NCBI GenBank assembly: GCA_035480235.1
Contig: DATIHX010000011.1
Span: 146-64,145 of the forward strand
Reading direction: 5' to 3'
DNA from: Candidatus Saccharimonadales bacterium
Lineage (GTDB): Bacteria; Patescibacteriota; UBA1384; 2-12-FULL-50-11
Length of the DNA stretch: 64,000 nt
The notes beneath the pieces are model-generated. The model saw only the letters and a program-made list of their open reading frames with translations. It was not told the origin of the DNA and searched no databases. The position numbers were made by a program, and so were the translations under genes. The stretch's first letter is position 1, and the number at the start of each line of letters is the position of its first letter. Positions 7,016 through 14,637 of this stretch are shown here, piece by piece.

Positions 7016-8812
7016 TCAATCAAGAACAATTGCCCACGATGGTGGAAAGATGGCCCGGAGAGAGTGTTTTTCAGCTGGAGAAAAATGGGTGGCGCGGTAG
7101 AGCTGGAGAGTTAATTCAAACTGCTGGCCGGGAATTCGGCGGGGCTGGGCAGCTGAAAAGGTAGCGCTGGGAAATTCTTTTTCCAGCTTTTCGGCGATCT
7201 CATCGGCCTGTTTTTGCAAACGCTCCAGGTTTTTATCACGACCGACCAATTTTAACTCTTGGCCGAACGGCGGCAGGCGGTATTTTTTCCGCTCCTCAAG
7301 TTCGCGTTGGTAAAATTCGTCGAGTTTACCAGTACCAACGGCCAACCAGACCCAGTGATCGGGAAACCGGGTTTGAATATAAATATTTTTAACCCGCGAG
7401 CGCAAGGCTAACAATATCGACAACAGATGCCACGAGCCGTCTTGGCTGGAACCGGCGAGTAGTTGATCGGCCGCGGCGATAAAAAGTGAATTATATTGAG
7501 CTGGGGGCCTTTCGACTTCGCCCTTTAGGGCTTCGCTCAAGACATCTGTGCCAGATGGAAAACTGAGGATTTTTTCGGTGGTCACTAAAATTTGAGCGAC
7601 TGGTAAATTTATTATTTCGCCAGACACTTCAGCGACTGCCGCGGTTGGCAATATTTTTTTAACGACGGCGGTGATTTGGGCAACGCCTTCGCCCAAACTC
7701 ACCAATTTTTCGTGGCCGTTACTGCAGAAAACCGGTCGCGCTCCGGTAAAGCCGCAGTACAAACAAATTAGTTCGCGTTCGTTTTTGAGACCAATCGGCC
7801 GGCCGCAGTTCGGGCAATCTTGGACTTGGCTGCACTCGCGGCAGTAAAGCGCGCTTGCCCAACCGCGGCTGGCCGCAAAAACCAGGACTTTTTCTTTTTT
7901 CTCGGCCGCTTGGCGCAATTCCGCTACAAAATTTGGCAACAATAAATCGGCTGAACGAGTTTTGTCAAAAATCACTAACTCCCGCGCCGGCAGTTTTTGC
8001 CGTAAAAATTGCCAACTGCTATTTTGTTGGTGCAGGTAATCAGCGACGCTTGGCGCGTCGGCGCCCAAAACTAGTTGAACGCCTTCGGTGGCGGCCCGAG
8101 CCAGGCCGATTTGTTTAGCGCTCATGTACGGCCGTCGCTGGCTGGTCAGACCAACGTGATCCGGCTGGTCGATGACAATCACATCGCCGGCTTGGAGCGG
8201 AAAAAACGCCCATTTCTGACCGCCGATAATAATGACCGGCTTTTGAGTGGCGATGAGAGCGTTCAAATTTTTGGTTTGAGCGGCGTTGAGGTCGTCAAAG
8301 AATACGTTGGCCGAAGAACCGACGGTTTTGGCAAATTCCGCAGCAAAACTTTCAACAGCGAACAAAAAGACCAAGCGTTTCTTGCCAGCATGTTTTTTAA
8401 TAATTCGCTGGTAAAATTTTAGCCGATCTGGCCAGGGCGCTTGCACAAACAGCGGTTTTTGGGGCGAAGGCTTGGCTTTTTCAGCAGCAAGCGGCGATGG
8501 GAAACTCAGCGCGTGATAGGCAATCTCAGAAAGTGAGGCGCCGTAATAATCGGCCAGTTTTTCGATCGTCGCAATTTGAAGGAAAGAAAAACCCAGCGCA
8601 TTTTTATCAACGTTTTGAATGTCTTTGAGCTTTGAGCGCAACTCCCGTGGCACGACCCGGGTAATTTTTAGAACCACGCCCTTAACGATTTGGCGGCCGA
8701 CCGACACCACCACCTGCGAACCAACCCGAATATAAGGTATAATAGCGGCAGGTATCGCATAAGTTAGTGTTTCTACTCGCGTCCGGCGGCGCACTAAAAC
8801 TTCTGCAAACAT
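7016..8812 (-). CDS. priA: primosomal protein N' (PriA)-like, without recognisable helicase ATPase motifs
   Basis: PriA-type zinc-binding region CRECSQVQDCPNCGRPIGLKNERELICLYCGF, N-terminal 3'-DNA-binding-like region and a conserved C-terminal region. No GxGKT; the DEEH position reads VIVIDQPDH. Start chosen at MFAEVLV (8812); uncertain. Confidence 0.7.
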   Translation of the reverse strand: MFAEVLVRRRTRVETLTYAIPAAIIPYIRVGSQVVVSVGRQIVKGVVLKITRVVPRELRSKLKDIQNVDKNALGFSFLQIATIEKLADYYGASLSEIAYHALSFPSPLAAEKAKPSPQKPLFVQAPWPDRLKFYQRIIKKHAGKKRLVFLFAVESFAAEFAKTVGSSANVFFDDLNAAQTKNLNALIATQKPVIIIGGQKWAFFPLQAGDVIVIDQPDHVGLTSQRRPYMSAKQIGLARAATEGVQLVLGADAPSVADYLHQQNSSWQFLRQKLPARELVIFDKTRSADLLLPNFVAELRQAAEKKEKVLVFAASRGWASALYCRECSQVQDCPNCGRPIGLKNERELICLYCGFTGARPVFCSNGHEKLVSLGEGVAQITAVVKKILPTAAVAEVSGEIINLPVAQILVTTEKILSFPSGTDVLSEALKGEVERPPAQYNSLFIAAADQLLAGSSQDGSWHLLSILLALRSRVKNIYIQTRFPDHWVWLAVGTGKLDEFYQRELEERKKYRLPPFGQELKLVGRDKNLERLQKQADEIAEKLEKEFPSATFSAAQPRRIPGQQFELTLQLYRATHFSPAEKHSLRAIFPPSWAIVLD

Positions 8813-8826
8813 TACCGCCATTAAAG

Positions 8827-9870
8827 ATGGAAAACACCAACCAAGCAATCTCAGAACCGTTAGATCAACCGCTTGTCGCCCTGATTGGGCCGACGAATGC
8901 CGGTAAATCCACGCTTTTTAACCGCTTAACCGGCTCGTGGCAGGCGATTACGGCTCGCGAAGAATCGACCACCCGCGACCGCGTCTACGGCGAAGTGGAG
9001 TGGCAAGGGCACAACTTTACTGTCGTTGACACCGGCGGTTTTGCGGACGATGACAGTGATTTATACAAAAAAATTCATGACCAAACGATCGCGGCCGTTA
9101 ACGAAGCCGATTTGATTTTATTCGTCTACGACGCCGCCGCCGGTTTAAACGAGCGCGACCGCGTTTTCTTAAATTCCCTCCGTGGCCGAACGCCAATTTG
9201 GCTGGTTGGTAATAAAGTGGATTCCGTCACCCGCGAGGCCAAAGTGGAAAAGCTCGACAACCTGGGCCTGCCGTACCACGAAGTTTCAGCGATCTCCGGC
9301 CGCGGTTCGGGTGATTTGTTGGAAGCGGTCTGCCAATTCTTACCAAAGAGCGAAAAAGCGGCCGGGCACAAAGAACCGCTAATCGCCTTAGTCGGCCGGC
9401 CGAATGTGGGTAAATCCACCCTTTTAAACGCCCTGGTTGAAGAAGAGCGAGCGGTCGTTAGCCCCGTTGCCGGGACAACGCGAGACGTGGTGACGGCCGA
9501 ACTCGAACTCGACGGCGCCAAGTTTCTGCTGGCCGACACCGCTGGCGTTCGCCGCCGCGGTTCGATCGAAGCCGGCGCCGAAAAATTTAGCGTTAAACGG
9601 ACGCTTTCGGCGATAGAACAAGCCGACGCGGTGATTGTGCTCGTCAGCGCCCCCGAAGGAACGACGCGCGGTGACTTACATTTAATTTATTTTGCCCATC
9701 AACTCGAAAAGCCACTCTTGGTGATCTTTAACAAAATCGACTTAACTAGCGACGACCGACTGCGTTTTCATCACCACCTAGCCAAGTTCGACCAGCTGGC
9801 GATTTCGGCGTTGAAAAAAGAGAATATTACGAAAGTTGCCGAGTGGCTGAAAAACCTGCCGGTGACTTGA
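8827..9870 (+). CDS. der: GTPase Der/EngA (two G domains, no C-terminal KH-like domain)
   Basis: Two P-loops (GPTNAGKSTLFN, GRPNVGKSTLLN), DTGG/DTAG and NKVD/NKID motifs. 347 aa from MENTNQ. Ends with TGA. Confidence 0.9.
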   Translation: MENTNQAISEPLDQPLVALIGPTNAGKSTLFNRLTGSWQAITAREESTTRDRVYGEVEWQGHNFTVVDTGGFADDDSDLYKKIHDQTIAAVNEADLILFVYDAAAGLNERDRVFLNSLRGRTPIWLVGNKVDSVTREAKVEKLDNLGLPYHEVSAISGRGSGDLLEAVCQFLPKSEKAAGHKEPLIALVGRPNVGKSTLLNALVEEERAVVSPVAGTTRDVVTAELELDGAKFLLADTAGVRRRGSIEAGAEKFSVKRTLSAIEQADAVIVLVSAPEGTTRGDLHLIYFAHQLEKPLLVIFNKIDLTSDDRLRFHHHLAKFDQLAISALKKENITKVAEWLKNLPVT

Positions 9871-9929
9871 CAGGCGAAAAAAGACCAGCTAGACTTAGCC
9901 GAGACAGCTTGTTACCTCCCTCCCCAAGA

Positions 9930-9957
9930 CCCCGTGGCGCAACCCTCGCGCCCGGGG
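9930..9957 (+). terminator. GC-rich hairpin after der (weak U-tract)
   Basis: CCCCG-T-GGCGC / GCGCC-CGGGG stem, followed by TTAATCTT. Confidence 0.4.
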
Positions 9958-10080
9958 TTAATCTTACATAATTATATTTAATATTTCGGCGAAGCAGTGG
10001 CGTGAAATTGGCTAGCCGGCAGCAGACTAAGCCGTTTTCGATAACGAGATTTTGAAAAAAAGCGAGTTTCCGGAAGGTGC

Positions 10081-10626
10081 TTAGTACTTCGGTGCAGTGA
10101 TAGCATGAAACTGGTTGGCCGGGAAAAGTACCAAAGCCGTCTTGCCGATAATGTCTTTTTTGGGTAGTAACCAGCCTTCGCGCGAATCGGCCGAGTGATC
10201 CCGGTTATCGCCCATCATAAAGTATTCGCCGGCCGGCACGGTAACGCTGTAACTAGCCTCCGTGCCGCTCAAGAGAATGGTTTTTTGGCCCGGCGCCAGG
10301 TAGGTTTCCGTGAGCGGTTGGTTATTAACAAACACCTGACCGCTTTTAATAGTCACGGTGTCACCAGGCAAGCCAATTACCCGCTTTATGTAATCCACGG
10401 TGGTGTCGAGTGGGTATTTGAATACAACGACGTCGCCACGCTTGGGGCGATGAAAATCATACGATAGTTTTTCCACAAACAAATACTGGCCGTTATGGAA
10501 ATTCGGCTCCATACTCGAGCCCTCCACTACAAACGGTTGGAAGAGAAAATAACGGATGAATAAAGCGGCCACGAAAACCCCTGCCCCCACCTTGAGAATT
10601 TCCAAAATTATTTTTGCCGCCCGCAT
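10081..10626 (-). CDS. lepB: signal peptidase I
   Basis: S26 motifs GSSMEPN, RGDVVVF, KRVIGLPGD and GDNRDHSADSR. Confidence 0.9.
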   Translation of the reverse strand: MRAAKIILEILKVGAGVFVAALFIRYFLFQPFVVEGSSMEPNFHNGQYLFVEKLSYDFHRPKRGDVVVFKYPLDTTVDYIKRVIGLPGDTVTIKSGQVFVNNQPLTETYLAPGQKTILLSGTEASYSVTVPAGEYFMMGDNRDHSADSREGWLLPKKDIIGKTALVLFPANQFHAITAPKY

Positions 10627-10690
10627 TTGGTTAATTATAACTGAACCGATTTTGGACGGGTAGAGGCCGTACGCTGACTGAAAATTCTAG

Positions 10691-10762
10691 TGGGCAATGC
10701 TGGATTCGAACCAGCGACTTCTTCGATGTGAACGAAGCACTCTACCACTGAGTTAATTGCCC
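10691..10762 (-). tRNA. tRNA-Val (CAC)
   Basis: GGGCAATTAACTCAGTGGTAGAGTGCTTCGTTCACATCGAAGAAGTCGCTGGTTCGAATCCAGCATTGCCCA folds as a cloverleaf by eye, with anticodon loop TTCACAT. A TATAAT box sits 8 nt upstream (10771-10776, minus strand). Confidence 0.9.
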
Positions 10763-10849
10763 GTGAGGAAATTATAGCCGGTTGGGGCAGACTTTTCGAG
10801 GCTGGGGCGACGGCAAAGGAGCAATTTTTGTGCTAGAGTACAAGAGAAG

Positions 10850-11626
10850 ATGTTACCAATCCTGTTCTCGCTGGGGCGGTTTAAGTTTTATTCGTTTGGC
10901 TCTTTTATCGCAGTGGGCGCGATCGCGGCCGGTTATTTTTTGTTTTTTGCGGCCAAGAATCGGCGCCTCCACACCCATCACCTCTTTGATACTGTTTTGT
11001 ATACCCTGGTTTTTGCCCTGATCGGCGCTCGCCTTTCTTATTACTTTATTTACGCCAACCAATTCACTAATTTCGGCCAGATTTTCTTGTTTTGGCAGGG
11101 TGGCCTGATTGCTCTCGGCGGTCTGATCGCCGGCTTCTTGGCTTATATTTATTTTTCCCAAAAAGAAAACGACCCGATCTACCAAATGCTGGATATCGGC
11201 GCCTTGGCCCTGCTGGTCGGCTGGGCGATCGGTAAGACCGGCTGCTTCTTGTCTAGCTGCTCAATCGGCGCTTCAACGCAAACAATTTTTGGCATTCACG
11301 GCGCTTACCCGGTGGATTTATACAGCGCCATTTGGGCGGCACTCTTGTTTGGCTTGATGTTAGTCATCTGGCTCAAAAATCGTCTCAGCGACGGCGTGAC
11401 CTTCTTTTTGGTGTTGGAGGGGTTGTTTTTGGGTGAGCTGTTAATTAATACCTTAAAACTCGATTTTGACGCCGGCCTGGCCCGGGTGGAAGCGATCGTT
11501 TTGCTGGTTTTAATTGTGGGCGTTTACCTAATTTTTTGGAAACTCCACGGCCCGCGGTTCCAAAAAAACCGTTTCGGCATCGCCATCCGCAATTTCGTCT
11601 TTAAATACTTGCCGCACCGGCGGTAA
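10850..11626 (+). CDS. lgt: prolipoprotein diacylglyceryl transferase
   Basis: Polytopic membrane protein whose N-terminus and the blocks GARLSYYFIY, WQGGLIALGGLIAG and DIGALALLVGWAIGKTGCF parallel conserved Lgt blocks. Confidence 0.75.
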   Translation: MLPILFSLGRFKFYSFGSFIAVGAIAAGYFLFFAAKNRRLHTHHLFDTVLYTLVFALIGARLSYYFIYANQFTNFGQIFLFWQGGLIALGGLIAGFLAYIYFSQKENDPIYQMLDIGALALLVGWAIGKTGCFLSSCSIGASTQTIFGIHGAYPVDLYSAIWAALLFGLMLVIWLKNRLSDGVTFFLVLEGLFLGELLINTLKLDFDAGLARVEAIVLLVLIVGVYLIFWKLHGPRFQKNRFGIAIRNFVFKYLPHRR

Positions 11627-11643
11627 AAACACCCTCAAATCTC

Positions 11644-11672
11644 TTGACTTTTCAGGTTAGAAATGGTATCAT
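11644..11672 (+). promoter_or_regulatory. sigma70-type promoter (TTGACT-17-TATCAT)
   Basis: The -35 box is at 11644-11649 and the -10 box at 11667-11672. The ATG at 11679 lies 6 nt after the -10 box, implying a leaderless transcript. Confidence 0.5.
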
Positions 11673-11678
11673 TTTGCC

Positions 11679-11858
11679 ATGCTAACGCTCTTTAGAAAAC
11701 GCTCCGCCCCAAAAGAATCTCAGCCGTCTGTCTACGAGGTGGCCGCTGAGCGTGCGATCAGACAAAACAACAGGGTTAGGGCCTTATTAGCAGGTCTCGA
11801 TCAGATTGCTCAAGAAGATCCGCGCGTCAAACAGCTACTCGAAGACTATCGCTCTTAA
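11679..11858 (+). CDS. small hypothetical protein (59 aa), possibly leaderless
   Basis: Manual translation: MLTLFRKRSAPKESQPSVYEVAAERAIRQNNRVRALLAGLDQIAQEDPRVKQLLEDYRS. It is below the ORF-track cutoff and is bracketed by a promoter and a terminator. Confidence 0.35.
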   Translation: MLTLFRKRSAPKESQPSVYEVAAERAIRQNNRVRALLAGLDQIAQEDPRVKQLLEDYRS

Positions 11859-11873
11859 CGGAGCACGGTCAAG

Positions 11874-11898
11874 GCGGGATGAAATACTCCCGCTTTTT
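11874..11898. terminator. terminator between the small ORF and rplT
   Basis: GCGGGA (11874-11879) / TCCCGC (11888-11893) followed by TTTTT. Confidence 0.55.
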
Positions 11899-11899
11899 A

Positions 11900-12265
11900 T
11901 TACTTCGAAGCTTCTAAAGCCTTTTTGGCTTTTTCAACGATCGCGGCGAATTCAGCCGGCGCTTTAATGGAGAGTTCGGCTAAGACTTTGCGGTTAAAAG
12001 TTAGCTCGGCTTTTTCCAGGCCGTTAATAAATTGGCTGTAGTTGAGGCCGTGAGCGCGAACAGCAGCGTTCATCTGAACGATCCACAAGCGGCGGAAATC
12101 CCGTTTTTTATTGCGGCGGTCGCGGTAGGCGAAAGTACCGGCCTTCAGAACGGCTTGTTTGGCCTGGCGGAAGAGATTTTTCCGGCCAAGTTTATAGCCT
12201 TTGGTCAGCTTTAAGAGCTTTTTGTGACGTTTGTGGGTTTGGATACCGCGTTTAATTCGGGCCAT
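11900..12265 (-). CDS. rplT: 50S ribosomal protein L20
   Basis: [24 protein letters not shown]... is the canonical L20 N-terminus. Confidence 0.95.
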   Translation of the reverse strand: MARIKRGIQTHKRHKKLLKLTKGYKLGRKNLFRQAKQAVLKAGTFAYRDRRNKKRDFRRLWIVQMNAAVRAHGLNYSQFINGLEKAELTFNRKVLAELSIKAPAEFAAIVEKAKKALEASK

Positions 12266-12270
12266 TAGCA

Positions 12271-12285
12271 AATTCCTCCGGAATT
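12271..12285 (-). promoter_or_regulatory. palindromic SD element in front of rplT
   Basis: Minus strand AATTCCGGAGGAATT: stem AATTCC/GGAATT encloses the GGAGG. The same 17-nt sequence precedes rpmI. Confidence 0.4.
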
Positions 12286-12390
12286 AATAGCCAATAAACA
12301 ATAATTAAGTTGCAAATAATTCTTAATGTTTAAATATTTAAGTGATTGACTATTAGTTGTAACTTGAGTATTGAATATTGGATATTTCAT

Positions 12391-12579
12391 TTAAATTATT
12401 ACTCCCAGTTTAGTGGCACCCAAATGGGTTAACACCTGTTTTTGGTTCGACTTTTGCTTCGACCGCTTACTTTTAAAACGGGCGCGGTGAGCGGTATTGG
12501 CGTGACGAGCCACGACCTTACCGGCGCCAGTTAATTTCAGGCGCTTGGAGGCAGATTTATGGGTTTTTAGTTTGGGCAT
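12391..12579 (-). CDS. rpmI: 50S ribosomal protein L35
   Basis: MPKLKTHKSASKRLKLTGAGKVVARH... is the canonical L35 N-terminus. Start at ATG 12579. Confidence 0.9.
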   Translation of the reverse strand: MPKLKTHKSASKRLKLTGAGKVVARHANTAHRARFKSKRSKQKSNQKQVLTHLGATKLGVII

Positions 12580-12584
12580 CAACA

Positions 12585-12599
12585 AATTCCTCCGGAATT
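12585..12599 (-). promoter_or_regulatory. palindromic SD element in front of rpmI
   Basis: Minus strand AATTCCGGAGGAATT, identical to the rplT copy. Confidence 0.4.
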
Positions 12600-12651
12600 T
12601 GTAAGTTCCAAGTGACAAGTCTCAATTTTCAAATAGTGGTCGGGTTTCATA

Positions 12652-13155
12652 TTATTTCTTTTTGGGTTTAACAATTAATTGAATTTTTTTACCGGCTTGG
12701 TTGACGGCTTGCTCCACTTCGCCGTCAACATGACTAACGAAATCCATCAGCGTCTGCTTGGCTTTGTCTGGGAAAACGTTCTCCCGGCCGCGCAGATTGA
12801 TGTAAACCCGGACGAAATCGCCAGCGTCCAGCCACTCCTTGGCCCGTTTGGCCTTGGTGGCGATATCGTGTGAGTTAATACGAAAACTCAGGCGCATCTC
12901 TTTCAGTTCGGTTTTGGTTTTGGTCGAACCCCGAGCGTGCTTCTCTTGCTGATACCGATATTTGTTGTAATCAAGCAATTTAGCGATCGGCGGGCTGGCG
13001 TTCGGGCCAATTTCCACTAAATCCAGCTCGTGTTGAGCGGCTAAATAGCGGGCCTGATCGAGTGAAACGGTGCCAGCCGAGCGGCCATCGTTCATAATTA
13101 AATGAACTCTGTTTGCCAGAACGGCTTCGTTAATTTTCAGCTCGCGGTCGCTAAT
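12652..13155 (-). CDS. infC: translation initiation factor IF-3, probable AUU start
   Basis: The conserved IF-3 N-domain sequence (ISDRELKINEAVLANRVHLIMNDGRSAGTVSLDQARYLAAQHELDLVEIGPNASPPIAKLLDY) lies upstream of the first ATG. The frame is open back to a TGA at ~13235 and contains no ATG/GTG/TTG; the first ATT is at 13155. Confidence 0.8.
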   Translation of the reverse strand: MSDRELKINEAVLANRVHLIMNDGRSAGTVSLDQARYLAAQHELDLVEIGPNASPPIAKLLDYNKYRYQQEKHARGSTKTKTELKEMRLSFRINSHDIATKAKRAKEWLDAGDFVRVYINLRGRENVFPDKAKQTLMDFVSHVDGEVEQAVNQAGKKIQLIVKPKKK

Positions 13156-13229
13156 TTTTTGGTCCTCGAAAAACCGGGTCTTGGGAACGGTTAACGTGCA
13201 TACACTGTCTGTAAAACGCTGTTTGGCAT

Positions 13230-13958
13230 TTACTCAAGAACTGTACCACGTTTGGTGATAACTTTCAAGGACTCTGGCACCAACCGCAGCGTTAACGGGC
13301 TATCGGCCATCTTATTTTCGCCTACCATCAAGGGCATTGGCGGGTCGGTGATAATTTTTATCTGCTTGCCGTGAAACGACGATTCGGAAGCGATTTGCTC
13401 GCCGCCGACGCTAAACAAACCGAGAATTTTCCGTTTTTCGGCCACATAGGTGCTGCGGATTTTCACTTCCAGCGAACGAGTGACCACCAGCTCGTTAAAA
13501 TAAGCGTGGGCACGGACTTTGTTGTCGATGACCAGGCTAACCTTAGCGAGCTTGCTGGTTTGAATGGCGGCGTTCAAAAATAGCGGCAAATCGGGATCGA
13601 TTAACACGGTGTCTTGAAGGCTGATTCGCCGATGTTTCAAGGCTTCGGCCGCGCTTTTCATATCGCTGGCGCCAATTAACTCGGTGACTTGCCGGCTGGC
13701 GTCAATGGGGATAATACCCAAAACCGCCCGGCCGATGGTGGCCATCGCCACTTCATTAATGTGGGCGTCGCCACCCACCGCCACAATCGTGGAATAGCCT
13801 TTGGTGGTACCGATATAAGCCTGCTCGGCCGGGGTGCGGGCCGGGCTGGAAGTCACGATTTCGCCGGCGATGCCTAAGTGGGTTAAAATATCGCGCAGTC
13901 GCTGATAGTTCTGGCGAACCCCCCTGGTGGACGGGGATTCGAGGACGTAATAGTACAT
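13230..13958 (-). CDS. diacylglycerol/lipid kinase catalytic-domain family protein (GGDGT motif degenerate)
   Basis: N-terminal Rossmann-like segment and VAVGGDAHINEV in place of GGDGT..EV. Confidence 0.55.
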   Translation of the reverse strand: MYYYVLESPSTRGVRQNYQRLRDILTHLGIAGEIVTSSPARTPAEQAYIGTTKGYSTIVAVGGDAHINEVAMATIGRAVLGIIPIDASRQVTELIGASDMKSAAEALKHRRISLQDTVLIDPDLPLFLNAAIQTSKLAKVSLVIDNKVRAHAYFNELVVTRSLEVKIRSTYVAEKRKILGLFSVGGEQIASESSFHGKQIKIITDPPMPLMVGENKMADSPLTLRLVPESLKVITKRGTVLE

Positions 13959-13960
13959 CC

Positions 13961-14437
13961 CTACTCTTCGTCAGGTGTCAGTTCGGGGGTGGTCTCGGCT
14001 TTGGTTTCCGAAGCCGGTTCGTCGGCCGGCTCCGCTGCCTCGGCAATTTTCTCTTCTTTGAATTCTGGTTCTGGTGTTTCTGCGGCCGGTTCGTCGGTGC
14101 CCATCGTGACCTTACCGCTCAAGAGCGCACCCGAGCGAACAATTAAATCTTTCGTTTCAATCGAGCCGTAGATCTTGCCGGTTTCCAGAACTTCCAACTT
14201 TTCGTGGGCGGTGATTTCGCCGTGAACAGTGCCGGCCACGGTAATGAGTTGGCCCTTGACCGGGCCTTTCACTTGGGCGCTTTGACCAACAGTCACCGAG
14301 CGCTCGCTCTCCACTTGGCCGTCTACCATACCGTAGACCGCGATATCGTTTTGATCTTTGAGCGTGCCGCTTAAGGCCACGTTGACGCCCACAATCGTCC
14401 CTGGGCCGCTGGCGCCGTCATTCGGGTTCGGTTTCAT
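13961..14437 (-). CDS. bactofilin-family cytoskeletal protein
   Basis: Repetitive beta-helix pattern (G.V.G...S.....V.G.V.G) across the core, with an acidic Pro/Glu-rich tail. Confidence 0.8.
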   Translation of the reverse strand: MKPNPNDGASGPGTIVGVNVALSGTLKDQNDIAVYGMVDGQVESERSVTVGQSAQVKGPVKGQLITVAGTVHGEITAHEKLEVLETGKIYGSIETKDLIVRSGALLSGKVTMGTDEPAAETPEPEFKEEKIAEAAEPADEPASETKAETTPELTPDEE

Positions 14438-14637
14438 AGGTTACTCCTCCTTTTCTTAGGTATTTCTTCATTTGTTGTAGCTCACCCACGGCACAATGCA
14501 AGGGCTGGGGGGTTGCTATGCCTTGACAATCTGTGCTACACTGGCTCGCAGCAGAGCTCGTTAGAAATAATTACAGAATAACTAAATTACTGCTCGTTGG
14601 TATTACCAATGTTGGAGTGAAGCGGAGAAATTACTAA

